Assembly: GCF_018977255.1 (NCBI RefSeq)
Contig: NW_024704742.1
Location: 75,084,001-75,148,000, forward strand
Source: Callorhinchus milii
Taxonomy: Eukaryota
Direction: 5' to 3'
DNA: 64,000 nucleotides
Every line of letters starts with the position of its first letter. Positions within the stretch are counted from its first letter, which is position 1. This document shows positions 48,482-61,340 of the stretch, piece after piece. The position numbers and the translations under genes are program-made. The notes below the pieces were generated by a model. That model worked only from the letters and a program-made list of their open reading frames with translations. It was not told where the DNA came from and ran no database searches.

Positions 48482-48794
48482 AATAATAATCCTTGCATTT
48501 GATATAGTGCTTTCCACGTCTTCTAGACGTCCCAAAGCGCTTCACAGAATATACTGTAAAGTGAATTGACTGTATATTTGCGGGCGAAGGCGGCAGCCAA
48601 TTGCGCACATCAATGTCCCACAAACAGTCATGGATTGAAAATGACCAATTTATTATTGTTTTTTGTTTTTTGGAGGGATTATTATTAGGCGTGCGGAGTA
48701 AGGAAACTTGCCCAAGGTTTCGCTCTGCCTGGAATTGAACTCAGGTCTCTCACTTGCAAAGCGAGTGCTGTAACCACTGAGCTACAGAACTCCA
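48482..48794 (-). mobile_element. Full-length tRNA-Ala-headed SINE (short variant)
   Basis: Same head, body and tail as 8734-9043. Confidence 0.94.
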
Positions 48795-49248
48795 CATTAT
48801 ATACATGTAAGTTTTCAAAATGTTACCTTGGACCATGAACCCTGCATTATATTATCTCTGTGATGTTATATTTCATACACTTGTGTGTTACAATATTTTA
48901 GAACAAAGTTGACTTCAGCTGCTGGTGCTTAAACGCTCTGAGACGCTGCCTTGTGTGGAGAGTACTATATAAATGGAAGTTATTATTGTTGTGTGTCAAG
49001 TCTTGCTCTGTAACATTGTTGCCTCTGGATCAGAGTGTTGTGGTTCACAATATATTTGAGTTTCCCTTCCAGAAACATAACCCGTAAGAATCATATAGAA
49101 ATCCTGTTTTAAATTGTGTAACCATATTACTGAATTTCACTATATGTTAGTTACAATGCAAACTTTAAATAGCGAATACAATAACAACAACAACAAGATT
49201 ACATTTGTATAGCGCCTTTCACGTTGGGAGGACGTCCCAAGGCGCTGG

Positions 49249-49551
49249 AATAATAATCCTAGCATTTGATATAGCGCTTTTCACGTCTTCTAGGAGTCTC
49301 AAAGTGCTTCACAGAATATGCTGTAAAGTGAATTGACTGTATATTTGCGAAACGCGGCAGCAAATTGCACACAGCAGTGTCCACAAACAGTCGTGGATTG
49401 AAGTGACCAATGTATTATTGTTTTGTTTTGGAGTGATTATTATTAGGCGTGTGGAGTAAGGAAACTCGCCCAAGGTTTCGCCTGCCGGGAATTGACCCCG
49501 GGTGTCTTGCTTGCAAGGTGAGTGCTTTAACCACTGAGCTACAGGATTCCC
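49249..49551 (-). mobile_element. Full-length tRNA-Ala-headed SINE abutting an L2 tail (49180-49248)
   Basis: aataataatcctagcatttgatatagcg ... aaccactgagctacagga. Confidence 0.92.
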
Positions 49552-49552
49552 A

Positions 49553-49672
49553 AATGGCTGCTTCACCCACAAAATATACAGCCAGTTCACTTTACAGTAT
49601 ATTCTGTGAAGTGCTTTGAGATGTCTAGAAGACGTGGTAAGCCCCGCTATATCAAATGCAAGGAATATTATA
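49553..49672 (+). mobile_element. SINE 3' fragment, inverted relative to its neighbour
   Basis: cacaaaatatacagccagttcactttacagtatattctgtgaagtgctttgag ... gctatatcaaatgcaagg. Confidence 0.88.
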
Positions 49673-49854
49673 ATTTGTGTAGTACCTTGATTATATTCGT
49701 ATTGAACTTCATTTGTCAGTTACCCGCCCTCTGTTTGCAGGACATGTGCTGCTTCCTCTGATTCCACAGTTCTCCCTTTAATATAGGAGCACATGCCAAT
49801 GAAATGACATATATACAATATATACAATAAATATATACAATATTATATATTATA

Positions 49855-50425
49855 TCTTGTTTGACACTGAACTGCCCTTTCTCCCCCACATCCGCACCAT
49901 CCAAAACTCTGCAGCTTGTGTACTCTCAACCACCGGGCTCTGTGACCCCATCACTCCCACCCTCGCCCGGCTCCACTGGCTCCCCATCCCTCAAAGGATA
50001 GAATTCAAAATCCTCATCCTCACTTTCAAGGCCCTCCACGGCCTTGCCCCCTCCTACCTCCCTGACCTGTTGACCCCCTATCAACCCATCCGCTCCTTCC
50101 ATTCAGCAGGCTCCGACATGCTCCAGGTCTCCCGCCCAACCCGCCCTACCATCGGCGGCGGGTTTTCAGCCTCTCTGTCCCCACACTTTGGAACTCCATC
50201 CCACAATCTCTTCGCCTTGCTCCCTCCCTTGCCTCCTTCAAGGCACAACTCAAGACCTTCCTTTTTGACTGTGCCTCCAGCCGCCCTCCTACCTCTGCCC
50301 TCCCTTGTCCCAACTCGGCCCCCCCCACCCCACGCTGGGGTCCTAATCCCCGACTGTTCAGCGCCTTGGGACGTCCTCCTGACGTGAAAGGCACTTTACA
50401 AATGTAATTTTGTTGTTGTTGTTGT
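49855..50425 (+). mobile_element. L2 3' end with tail
   Basis: IQNSAACVLS...DPITPTLARLHWLPIPQRIEFKILILTFKALHGLAPSYL; tail ...gacgtgaaaggcactttacaaatgtaattt(tgt)n. Confidence 0.94.
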
Positions 50426-50791
50426 AGACTGGCACATAAGGTTGCCAACTTCCCAGTTTCTCAAAACTGCACACATGCTCGCACACAGCCCAGACACTTT
50501 ACACGCTTTAAGTAAGGATTTTTTTTATTGTGCAAACAACAATCAGACTTTTGGTTTTTGGTCAATGCTTCTGATTGGACACTCAGATTCCCTTAACACC
50601 AGACTTTCCAGCCCAAGACCAATGGTTGACAACCTTAATTGAGAGAGATGTCAGGGAATAAGGATACTAACATCTACATCCTTCCTTCTTAGTGGTTTTG
50701 ATGGCACCACTGGAACTAGTCAGGGTCAGTCTGGCCCAGTTGGTAGCACACTCACCTTTGAGTCAGAAGGTTTAATCCCCAATTGGAATTT

Positions 50792-51160
50792 AATAATAAT
50801 AATAATTCTTGCATTTGGTATATTGCCTTACCATGGCGGAAGGATGTCTCAAAGCACTTCACAAGAATTACTGTGATGTAGAGTGACTGTGTATTTTTAG
50901 GCAAATGTGATAGCACAATTGTGCACAGCAATTTCCCATAAACAGTCTTGGAATGAACAACCAATTTTATTTGGGGGATTCTTGGCCAGGACACCAGGAG
51001 AAACTCCCTTCTCTTTTCAGATAGTGCCATGAGATCTTTAAGGTCCACCTGAACATGCAGACGAGACCTCGGTTTTAATGTCTCATCCAAAAATGGCACT
51101 TCTGATAATGCAACAGCCCCCCAGCACCGCATTGGAGTGTCATCTTAGGCTATGGGATTT
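50792..51160 (-). mobile_element. Deu-domain SINE (SacSINE1-like)
   Basis: Minus strand gaagtgccatttttggatgagacattaaaaccgagg ... aaagatctcatggcacta ... ggtgtcctggccaa is the Deu core; its 3' half matches the tRNA-Ala SINE tail. Confidence 0.85.
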
Positions 51161-51221
51161 CCAACACGGAACTCATGTTGGCTATGCTGACAATCCAATG
51201 CATTTAGAGCACTAGTACTTT

Positions 51222-51505
51222 GGATCAGAGGTTAAACCAAGGACCTGTTTGCCTGTTCATGTGGATGAAAAAGATCCCATGGCACTATTCAAAAACATAA
51301 GTGCAATTCTCCCAGTTTTCTGGCAACAATTCACCCCAAAAATTGATCATTCACCAACTAACTATTTCTGTACACTGATAGGCTACTGTGATCTACCAAT
51401 ACACAATCACTACACTCTACAGTAAAATCCTGTGAAGCTCTTTGAGATGTTTCAATAATGTGATAAAATTGCACTTTATCAAATGCAAAAATTGTTATTG
51501 TTATT
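51222..51505 (+). mobile_element. Deu-domain SINE, 5'-truncated
   Basis: gttaaaccaaggacc ... aaagatcccatggcactatt ... ctgtgaagctctttgagatg ... tatcaaatgcaa. Confidence 0.8.
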
Positions 51506-52446
51506 ATCACAAAGACAGACTTTAATCTGGTCCCATATTACTAATCTCCAAATTCAGGAAGAAATTAGTGTCAACCATGGAGTTTAAAGTTTAAAGATTA
51601 CATTCAATACTCAAATACACAGTTATTAGACATCCATTGTGAAGGGTAATCATTCTGCTAACTACTGTAGCTGCTAAAATCTGTAAGCATAGTTTTAGAT
51701 TTATTTGAACTACAATGATCCTGTGTGCTTTGATGATTTGAGTGTGCTTGATGATAGACATCTGTGGGTCTCAGAGAAAGAGTAAAATAATCTCACGTTC
51801 TTCATCCTTCATAGCACTGTGCATCATTGTGATCTCTCCTGGGGATAAGTTAGATACACGCTTTTATTTACAATATGATCCATTTATGGTTTTATTATTT
51901 ACTAGCTGTAGCTGTTGCAGCGATGCTTGCAACCAAAGGATTCAATATAGAATGTAGATTGACACACATACAGACATTTAATATTTATTGATACTCATCT
52001 GGGGGAACTCCTGTGGGAGGACTCATTTTGGCTGTGCTGTTCTTTGAGTGAGCAACTAATTTTGGCACGCTGTTGCAGTACTTTCAAGATTGAAGTGCAG
52101 CCGCCTGTTTTTTGTTCTTCAGTTTCATTTATTGGGCCTTCTCTCTTTTGTCTAGGATTTTTACTTATCCTTGAAAGGTTTGATTTTTGCTTAGGCATCT
52201 TTATGATAAATATAAGGCACTTTAAAAATATAATTTTATTGTTGTTGTTGCTGCAGTTTAGCTTCATCTGTGTTCTTTATTTTGTTCCCGCCGACGCTTG
52301 GCTACGTCCTCTGTGACGCACAATGCCACAGCGCCACAGTCAGACAGATATTGTTGTTTTATTTTATAGATTTATTAGTATAGATAATCCACTGTATCCA
52401 AATGTTTCATAAAACAGGTTAAAGTAGCACTTTAGCAAGTTCATGC

Positions 52447-52965
52447 TTTTTTTCGGTCAGCCCGGTGTCTGACACATGCGGATACCCATCACCATACTTT
52501 CCAGAGATGTTTATTGGAATGGAATACACACTATCTCCCTGGAGGATCTTCCTGCTTACCTAATTTCAGAACGTATTAGGTGCAAGTTGGCAAGATCCAA
52601 GACTTGGGGATTCCAAAGTGTACATTGGGGTGCTGCTGGAGTCAAACCAGCTAAAACCACATAGCTTGCCATTGATAGCATTGTCTTCCAAGCTTTCCCA
52701 CTGTTTGTCCAACTAGGACCAACCTATTGGTTAGTGCTTTGGCTTGCAGGGTTAACAGGAGCTGAGTAGGTTGACTCTCTGTCCCCAGTGACTGGTCTGG
52801 CCTTGCAAGTCCTGCCAATGAGCCAGGTTGGCTGTTCTATCATCAGCAGTGCCCTGGAATACTGTGGACCCGACTGGCTCAGGAACCAGACTACTGAGAC
52901 CACCACAGGGAGCTGACTTGATTCCTACACCTGTTGCCAAGCATGTCACTTTGGAGCCAGTTCAG
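52447..52965 (-). mobile_element. RTE-X-like LINE 3' terminus (best-preserved copy)
   Basis: Minus strand ends ...catgtgtcagacaccgggctgaccgaaaaaaa; shares all blocks with the 5.6-6.0, 11.0-11.5, 28.9 and 46.7 kb copies. Confidence 0.72.
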
Positions 52966-53249
52966 CTCTAAGGAGACTCTGCTTACCTACCAATGCCCGC
53001 CCCCTCTCCCCCACACCCCCAACTTGGTAGCAAGTTCATGGCTGATTAGCTCTTCTAAATGCCTTTGTGAAGGATGTAAAAGAGTCACTGCTTTTGGAAC
53101 ATTAATTCAGTTTGGAATATTAATTCAACATTTTCAGTTAGTGTTTGATTTTGATTGTTTTATAAATAGATTTGACGATACTATTAACACTGGGCTACAG
53201 GCAAAAGTTATCACATTTGCAATATTGATACTGCAAATCAATAATGAAT

Positions 53250-53376
53250 AAATCACAGGGCCGAGGGAAAAGGCAGTTAAATCGGACTGAAAGGACAGCT
53301 GTTTAAAAGAACCAGCACAGACATGATGGGCCGACTGGCCTCCTTCTGTGCTGTAAATGTCTATGCTTCTATGATA
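53250..53376 (+). mobile_element. CR1 3' tail
   Basis: gacatgatgggccgactggcctccttctgtgctgtaaatgtctatgcttctatga. Confidence 0.85.
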
Positions 53377-54184
53377 TGGCATCTCTAACTTGGTTTTAAA
53401 TGTTAAATTTTACAAAATTGTAATAATACTTTGCAATATGTTGTTTTGGTATTGGTATAATGTTTAAATGGTTACAATGTTCTTTAGCTCTTCTCCTGTT
53501 GCACTTTCCAATCCTAATGTGATTTTAATTATATTTTGTCAATTTTTTTTCATGACAAAAGATCAAAACATTTTACATACTCAAACCAATATGGCCACAT
53601 TCTAGCCTCTGTGCAGCCCATTACACGTGGAGCAATGTCCCATATTCAAATTGTGATAATGACACACACATTTTCACCCTAAATTTTACTGAGAACATAG
53701 AAATCATGTGATGTTCTCTAGCATATTGTGCACCGGGCAGTCAGATGCCTGTTTGTATCAGAGGCCTGAAATTACAAACTATTTTGAGACCATTTTGCCT
53801 CAAACAATAAGATTGTGCAGAATTGTGGAAATTCTTGAATTCAATCTGAAATTAGAAGTTGTCTTTCCACCTTTGTTCAAAAATGATCATTTTTCAAATT
53901 AAGACGGAATTTATACATGTTCAACAAAATGGGCCTCCAGGCTAAGACCAAGTGAAATTTCTGGGATTCCATAGAAACACAGGGGTAATATTTTCAATGT
54001 TTCATAACATGCCATTCATGTTAATTAACTGCGCAGCTCCTGAGGACATCAGCTCAGGTAATTGGGAGTGGGCAAAAGATTACCCCAATAAACACAAATG
54101 TTCAGCAGAGAAGAAGGCTGACATCTTATTTCAAAATGGAAAACGCAGTTGAGTAAAGTCACTGTGTGCAATAAAATACAAGCG

Positions 54185-54490
54185 GGAGAATGAGGTGCGA
54201 TGGTATATCTGGAAGGGCATGTTCCCCTGTGGAATATCTCAGGGCGCAATCCTCGGCCCCTCGCTCTCCTAAACTACCTGCACCTTCTTGGTGACATAAT
54301 CCACAGAAACGGGATTAACTTCCACATGTATGCATAAGACACCCGAACTAAAAGGCCATTTCCACGGTTGATTCCAGCTCCACTGATGTTCTGTCTGCTT
54401 GTCTGTCAGATTTAAAAGATCTGGATGAGCCAGAACTTTCTTCAATTACTATGAAATCCATCCTTCTCAGCTCCCGACAATGTCTCCTCT
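54185..54490 (+). mobile_element. L2 RT fragment
   Basis: tcagggcgcaatcctcggccccT, aacttccacatgtatgc, tggatgagccagaactttcttcaa. Confidence 0.8.
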
Positions 54491-55849
54491 CTTATCACTC
54501 CGTGAAGAGAAGCACCAGAATCGCCTGAACCAACAACTAAACTCGCTCTGTGATGTTACTTCTGCATGCACAGTTTTCAAACCTCCAGGCTAAGTATTTT
54601 TTCATCATCTTTTTCCCACAATCTCCCTCCTTTCCCTTCCAGTCCTTTCTCATCCTAATCTTTTTTTCTCTCTCAAATCTTCACTAGATTATTTCAGTGG
54701 TGAGGGATAATGAATAAACAACAACAACTCTTCGAGGGCAAGTCGGAGGGATTGAATCAGAGAGTTCCAGAGATTCAGAGCTTAGTGGCTGAAGGCGTGA
54801 CCACCACTGCTGGAGCGGAGGGGGCAAGGGACAAATAGGAGACCGGGATTCAACAATCTGAGTCTACACTTTGACTCAGATTGTTTGAATCCTGGGAGCA
54901 GAAGACAATTTATTCACTATCCTCTGCTCGTGAGATTCAAACAATTGCACTGCTCATACCGGCATTTCTCAAAAAAGCAAGACCAGACCAGACCTTTCTC
55001 CTCGTTGGTCTGGTCAGCCGGGGTTTAAGTATATATCAATTAAACACAATAAAAGTACTAATGTTACTGGAGACATAAGGAGCAAAACTCACTGATAGGA
55101 TACACTCCAGATGAAAACATACACTTTAAATAGATTTGAAGTAAAATGCCACATGCTACTTACCTTCAATGAAAACATGTGCTTATCAAAGATCTTGCCA
55201 TTGGATCAAACATAAGAAGTACCCAATTAAACAATGCCAACGTTCAAGGTTTCTTCATTTTTCTCAAGTTTGCGACATGCCACATTTATTACTGCTCCAG
55301 TTAAAAAGGAAGACAAATGTGAATTGTTCAAATTACACTGAACAGCATTTGCTTCTGGCTAATCTGAGTCCATATGTCTGGTGCAACATGTGATTAAAGG
55401 CGCAGTATCACTCCACTTCCTGTGATGTAAGATCTGTGGTTTCAGACAAGCCTCTGCTTGTTCTGACTGATATCCTGAGTGTCATGCTCTGCTGAAAGAA
55501 AGGGTGAACTTGGTATGAACATAGCCACTGTCACCAAGGAGAGATTCCTTCCAATTCACTAATATAACACAAAGCGTATCCACTTCAGTTTCTAACACTT
55601 ATTATATTTAGGGGCGATTTCATCAGTGTTGATGACATATCTACAGCAACAACTTCCATTTATATCACTTCTATAATTTCATTACTATAAAAGAATGTCT
55701 CAAAGTACTTGCTAAATATAGTGGTGAACATCAAACAAGAAAACCAAAGATTTAAACACGTTAATAAACAGATGTGTTTTTATGTGTTGTTATCATGCAT
55801 GTAATAATCTTTCTCAGCCAGGGAGGCTAGATGGCTGACTTCCTCCTTA

Positions 55850-56265
55850 AAGATTTGCATTTCATATAGTACCTTAGCATGCCTTTGAGATACCTCAAAG
55901 CTCTTCATAGGAATTACCATAAAGTGCAGTGACTGTGTATTTTGTTAGTGAAAGCAGTAGCCAATCTGCACACACTAATGTCACACAAACAGCCATGAAG
56001 CAAATTACCAATTTTATTTTGGGGGTTGATGGCAAGGACACTAGGAGAAACTCCCTTCTCTTTTCAATTAGTACCATAGGATCTTTAACATCCAACTGAA
56101 CAGGGAGACAGGACCTCGGTTTTACATCTGAAGGACAGCTCCTCCAACAGTGCAACACCCCCCCAGCACTGCAATGGAGACTCAGCCTTTGAACCGCATG
56201 AGTTCAAAGTCCTGATGTGGCACTTGAACTCACAACCATCTGACTCAGAGGTCTGAGCCAGGCTG
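55850..56265 (-). mobile_element. Near full-length Deu-domain SINE
   Basis: Head gagtcagatggttgtgagttcaagtg, core aaaccgaggtcc...aaagatcctatggtacta, L2-type tail. Confidence 0.83.
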
Positions 56266-56401
56266 ATGCCTGTTATTGCCTTCAGTTCCGTGAATCTTAA
56301 TATTAACTTGTTATCTCTTATGTGGCTCATTATCAGATGCTTTCTGAAAATCCATATAAATAACATCAATTCTCCTTTATCATTTCAGTAGATCTGAACA
56401 T

Positions 56402-56670
56402 AACAACAACAACAAATTACATTTATATAGTGCCTTTAACTTCGAGAGGACACCCCAAGGTGCTGGACAGTCAGGGATTTGGACCCAAGCAAGGTGTTAG
56501 GATCAGGAGAGGTGGAGGGCAGGGAGAGTTAGAGTAGGAGGGTGACCAAGAGCGTGGTTGAAGTGGAGGGTCTTGTGATGGATCTTGAAGAAGGCAAGGG
56601 AGGTGGAGCGGGAGGGATGGGGGATATGGAGCAGGCTGGTGACCGCTGAGTGGAGAGATCGGACAGATCG
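56402..56670 (-). mobile_element. L2 3' end
   Basis: (aac)n aaattacatttatatagtgccttt ... ccaaggtgctggacagtc. Confidence 0.85.
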
Positions 56671-57269
56671 ATATAGCAAATATAATAGAAAATAACTATT
56701 ATATCTGTGAGACACGATTGACTCTTCACAAAACCACGCGACCTCTCCCTGATTTGTACATATTTATTCAGCTGCTCAGTTATTATTCCTGACGTTTCAG
56801 TCATTTACCTACAATTACAATAGAACCATTAACAGTTACATCACAGAAGGAGGCCCATTGCACATGTGCTGAGTCTGAAAGAGCACTATATTTAGCGCTT
56901 TTCTTCTGCCTCATCGCCTTACACTATTTTATATTTCTCCTTTACAGATGTTTAGTGCCGCTGAACACTGTTAGCCTGCTGGCCTCATGACTGCTAACAC
57001 TGGGCTCCAATGACATGCCATCCAAACAATACAGCCTTTAATCACTCTGCTTCAGCTGGAATCTCTACAACACAGGCTACAGGAATTTTCAAGGCTTTGC
57101 TGAAACGAGCAAACACAAGCAATCTATATGTTGTTCTTTGTTATTTGATTTCTAATGTGTTTATAGAACAGTTGTTTACTTGCTTCGAGATCCCAATTTT
57201 TTTTCGAACTTTCTTCTCAGTCACATATGGCTCTATTCCTCCGCTCACTCTGCTCGTGCTGGGGTGTGG

Positions 57270-57535
57270 TTTCATGGGCATTGGTTGCCCCCAAAGCATC
57301 AGCCCAAGTGGCTGTTGTTCATGTGCCAGCCTCAGCAGTGAGTGTCAGCAGACTGCAGAGGGCAGTCACACCCATGTGTGCCTGATCTTGCCCCCCCTCG
57401 GCTGCCACACATGCCCACTACCAGTAGAGGGTGTGTTTTAAGGACGGCAGCATGAATTTTCCCATTCCTATCAATAAAACCAAGCTGTTTTATTTTACCC
57501 ACATAGCCTTTCTTAGACCAGCTAACTCAGCACAT
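57270..57535 (-). mobile_element. Ancient AmnSINE2-like SINE
   Basis: cccaagtggctgttgttcatgtg, cagtgagtgtcagcag, cagctaactcagcaca are reverse complements of blocks at 21.5 and 43.3 kb. Confidence 0.5.
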
Positions 57536-57914
57536 ACCAGTGAGCTCCCAATCCATAAATGACAGCTCTATCCATTACACCGTCAGGGTTGCCTCACCAT
57601 CTCTTTTTATTGAATCATTAGTTTAGGTCTTGGTAACTCAGCTGCTCGTGAAGGAACCACCATCTCTACCCCACTCCCTTTCCTGTGAAATAATTCCTGC
57701 TTATTCTCACTTATTCCCTTCTCATCCAAATTCACCTAAAAAAACATTTTTTCTTCCTTTTGGATACGCCCTCCAAAGTTGTGCTCCACCCTATATTGTT
57801 TTCTTCATATTTCTGTACATCTCTATCAGGTCCCTCTCAACTTTTCTCTGTTCTAATGAAAACAGACCCAACCTTGCCACTCCTTGTGTCAATCTAAATT
57901 TCTCGATTCTTGTG

Positions 57915-58195
57915 TCAGATAGCACTCTCGATTCAGAGTCAAAAGGTGATGGGTTCAAGTTCCAGCCCTGGACTTGGAACCCATATAGTCTAAGATCACA
58001 CTCCAATGCAATGATGTCATTGTCAGAGTTGCCATCCTTCAGATGAGATGCCAAACCAAGGTCCAGCATTCCCATGCAGGTGACATGTCAAAGATCCCAT
58101 GGCACTACTTGAAACATGAAGAAAGTTTACCCTCATGTCCTGGCCTACAATCCCCAAACAAAACTGCTCACCTCCTCCATGGCTGCCCTTGGGAC
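57915..58195 (+). mobile_element. Deu-domain SINE, 3'-truncated
   Basis: gagtcaaaaggtgatgggttcaag ... cagatgagatgccaaaccaagg ... aaagatcccatggcactac ... catggctgcccttgggac. Confidence 0.82.
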
Positions 58196-60309
58196 TGTAG
58201 GATTCTGTAAAAATGTATTATATAGTAACTCAAATTATATTTGCGATGTTTATATATATATTTGAAACATACGATGAATCTCATATGAGGGTAGCTAGTT
58301 GTAACTAGCTTCAAAGAAGATCTTTGCTCAAGGAGGAGAAACAAAAGACTATTTATAAACAACATATTGCTTTCATTCCTTATCAATTTTCTCATGGAAA
58401 AATGGTCTGCAGCTGGAGAGAGCTATGTTGCATTTGTTTTTACAAAGGAAGCATCTTGAAAAGACAATAGGTGAAAGGTCACCTGATCAACAGTATAAAC
58501 AGAGATCGATTCGAGAGAGGACGAAATTGGAATTTGGAATCGCAAACCATATTCCAGCTTCTAAAGAAGGAAGATCAAGACTACGATTTAAATAACTCTA
58601 AACATACAATAATATCTGGATACTTTTGGGTGATATCAAACTGGAAACCGTACAACAATACGTGGATACCTTTTGATGGACATATATTTGGATTAAATTG
58701 GACATTGGTCCCCTATCTCTCCCACAGCATTTGGTTTGGTCAACTTAAATTGTTGTGAACTACAGTATACGTGGATACATAAGCATAATTGGATGTATTC
58801 TTTTAATTACATATAACCATTATTAATCTGAATTAATAAACCTTGATTAATTGTACAACATTTGTGACAGTCCTTACTTCATCACAGTCATGAATTTAAA
58901 TTTAACTTAATTTTCTGGTTAGGAGACTTTTGAAACTGCAAAACTGGAAAGATGTCTTACTTACATGCAAATAATTGGAAAAGGAGATACTGGATATTTT
59001 AGCCACTGAGAGGACAGTTTTTTGGGTGCTAGAGAAGAGCGATTGGTACCAAATGCTGCATTGCATGTTCTCACCTTCACTTCACCCCCCCCCCCACCCC
59101 ACCATTAAGTTAAATGATTATTGACTGCAGCTTAAAATATAATAAACATGTTAAAATCTCCACGCTGAGATGAGAAGCAAATCAATTAATTCAAAGAAAA
59201 GCTGTTTTCCAATATAGTGTGGTGGCAATCTCAGCAGACGTGTTCAACTGAAATGTGTGATATTGTGCAGGTCAAACAGGAATGAACCTGTCTTTTACTG
59301 CTGCAGATTAGCAGGTCAGGCAGGAGAGGAACAATCAAACATGTCAAATTAGGATTTCACAGAAATTACGTTTAATTTTTCCTTCATGAATTTGAGCTCA
59401 GAACCCCACAGGGAAGAGAGCACTGGCACATGTTGCCATGGTGATGACATTACACTTGCAGCAGAATCACCCAGTCACTTATTTCAAAGCCTTGTTTAAA
59501 AATGCCCAATTTAGCTGCAGCGTAATTCTTCCTCCAGTGTGTTTATTCTCTGCATATCTCACGTAAGCTTTATTATCCATCTGTGGAAAAAATGCCTGGC
59601 GCAGTCCTACTCTCGGGAGTTTAATACAGGCTTCAGATCTCATTGTACAGAGCAGGTAGCTGTTGCCCATATTAAAACATGATGAAAAACCACCACACTC
59701 AGGCAATTTCAATTTGGGACATGGCAATTGCTTGTTAAAACAATGGCATTGCACCAACACAGGCATTTCTTCTTAGGTCAGAGGCAAACATTAAATCGCC
59801 TGGGACTGGGGTGAGGGGGAGGCAAGCAGAGCTACTTGAGGGTTCATGTTTACGTACTAATGACATGCCTGGTGAAGGAAGAAGTGTAATTGAGACATCT
59901 CCCTGTCATGGTCTCGGTAATTCAACAACTGAGCCAGTCAAGTCCACAGTATTCAAGGGAACCATTGATGACGGACAAGCCTGGCTCCTCAATTAGATAT
60001 AATTATAATGATAAACCTTGCATTTGATATGGTGCATTATCACATTGTCAAAAAATCTCACACACTTCATAGGATTTACTATAAAGTGTAGTGACTGTGT
60101 ATTTGTAAGTGTGGACATCCTTGCCTCCTGAGATAAATGTACAAATCAAAACTCCAAGGAATACGTAATGCTGTCTGACAAGCAGTGAAATCTTATCAAA
60201 TATTCAAACTGGGTAACTGTGCAGTGTTGATTGTTTAAGGTCCAGCCATCCCTATTGGGGTTGTTCACTGAGCATTGACAGACAGCTGACTGTCGCTCAT
60301 ATCTGTGCT

Positions 60310-60600
60310 TGAGGGAGTGACTGTGTACTTCAGTAATGGGGCACTGGCTGACCTTGGGATGAGACATTGAACCAAGATCCTCATCAAATGGACATTTTCA
60401 TGACAAGTATTGAAAAAGAGAAGGAAGTTTGATCCGGTGTCCTGGCCAATAATCCTCCAGATAAAATTGATCATTTATTTAATACTCTTTGTGGGACATC
60501 GCTGGGAACAAATTGGCTGTCATGTTTGATACATTTACTTGTTAAGTGCTTTGAGACATGTTGAGATGACAAGGCACAGTATTGAATCCAAAGATTATTA
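60310..60600 (+). mobile_element. Deu-domain SINE, degenerate
   Basis: ggatgagacattgaaccaag ... ccggtgtcctggccaat ... tttgtgggacatcgctg ... aagtgctttgagac. Confidence 0.78.
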
Positions 60601-61103
60601 ATCTTATCAAAATAGAAACTTGGAAACTGACTGGATTTCCCGGACTCAGGCGCCATTGTCATCAATTCTACAGGAGCAGACAATTACAAGTAAGTGGGAC
60701 TATAATGACAACAGGTCATCTATTTCATTAGCAACCAGAGAAGATGGGAATCCGGACTTCCATTAGGGAACAACAACAATTTTACATTTATATAGTGTCT
60801 TTCATGTCAGGAGAATATCTCAAAGTGCTTCACAAAGCTACCTAGGAGTCCAAGCTGGGAGTGGGGCAGGGGGAGATAGAGAGAATTCTATAATTTTGAA
60901 GGTACCTCCCCATGGGGATGTATTTCTCTTGAGGAAGTGAGCTGGAGGCATCTGCAGAGGGAATTAAGTTGTGAGAGGCAGATAGCTGCAGCTATCAATC
61001 GAGAAAGACTGAATCATTGGAAGAAGCCAAGCCCAGAGCTTCTGCTCACTCCAACCATTCTGAGTAGTAAAGCTAGTTTAAGGCAGTTGGACTGAGAATG
61101 CAT

Positions 61104-61340
61104 TAGAATACATTAGAATATACAGCATGGAAACAGGCCATTTGGCCCAACTGGTCTATGCCCGTGTTTATGCTCCACATGAGCCTTCTCCTGCCCTTCC
61201 TCAACTGATCCTTTAAGCATAACCTTCTATTCCTCATGTACCTATCTAGCTTTCCCTTAAATACATCTAAGCTATTTGCCTCAACAACTCCTTGTGGTAG
61301 CATGTTCCACATTCCTACTAATCTCTGTTTGAAGAAATTT
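61104..61340 (-). mobile_element. CR1 3' end
   Basis: WNMLPQGVVEANSLDVFKGKLDRYM; terminal ttctaatgtattctaatg repeats. Confidence 0.9.

Noticed and set aside
51797..51838. 42-nt AG/GT-bounded minus-strand segment (EITMMHSAMKDEE)
   Set aside because: Isolated, modest splice signals, no recognisable product; expected by chance in 64 kb.
51995..52267. 90-aa minus ORF ending just before AATAAA, resembling a terminal exon
   Set aside because: Its 5' part overlaps a plus-strand L2-type tail, the peptide resembles nothing I recognise, and there is no credible upstream exon chain.
58172..58204. Apparent minus-strand start exon (ttttacAG ... gccATGGAGGAG|GTGAGC, 'MEE')
   Set aside because: The ATG and donor align to the antisense of the Deu-SINE body (aaaattggtcattcatttcatggctgtttgtgggac at 62.2 kb), so the signals are most likely chance products of SINE decay.
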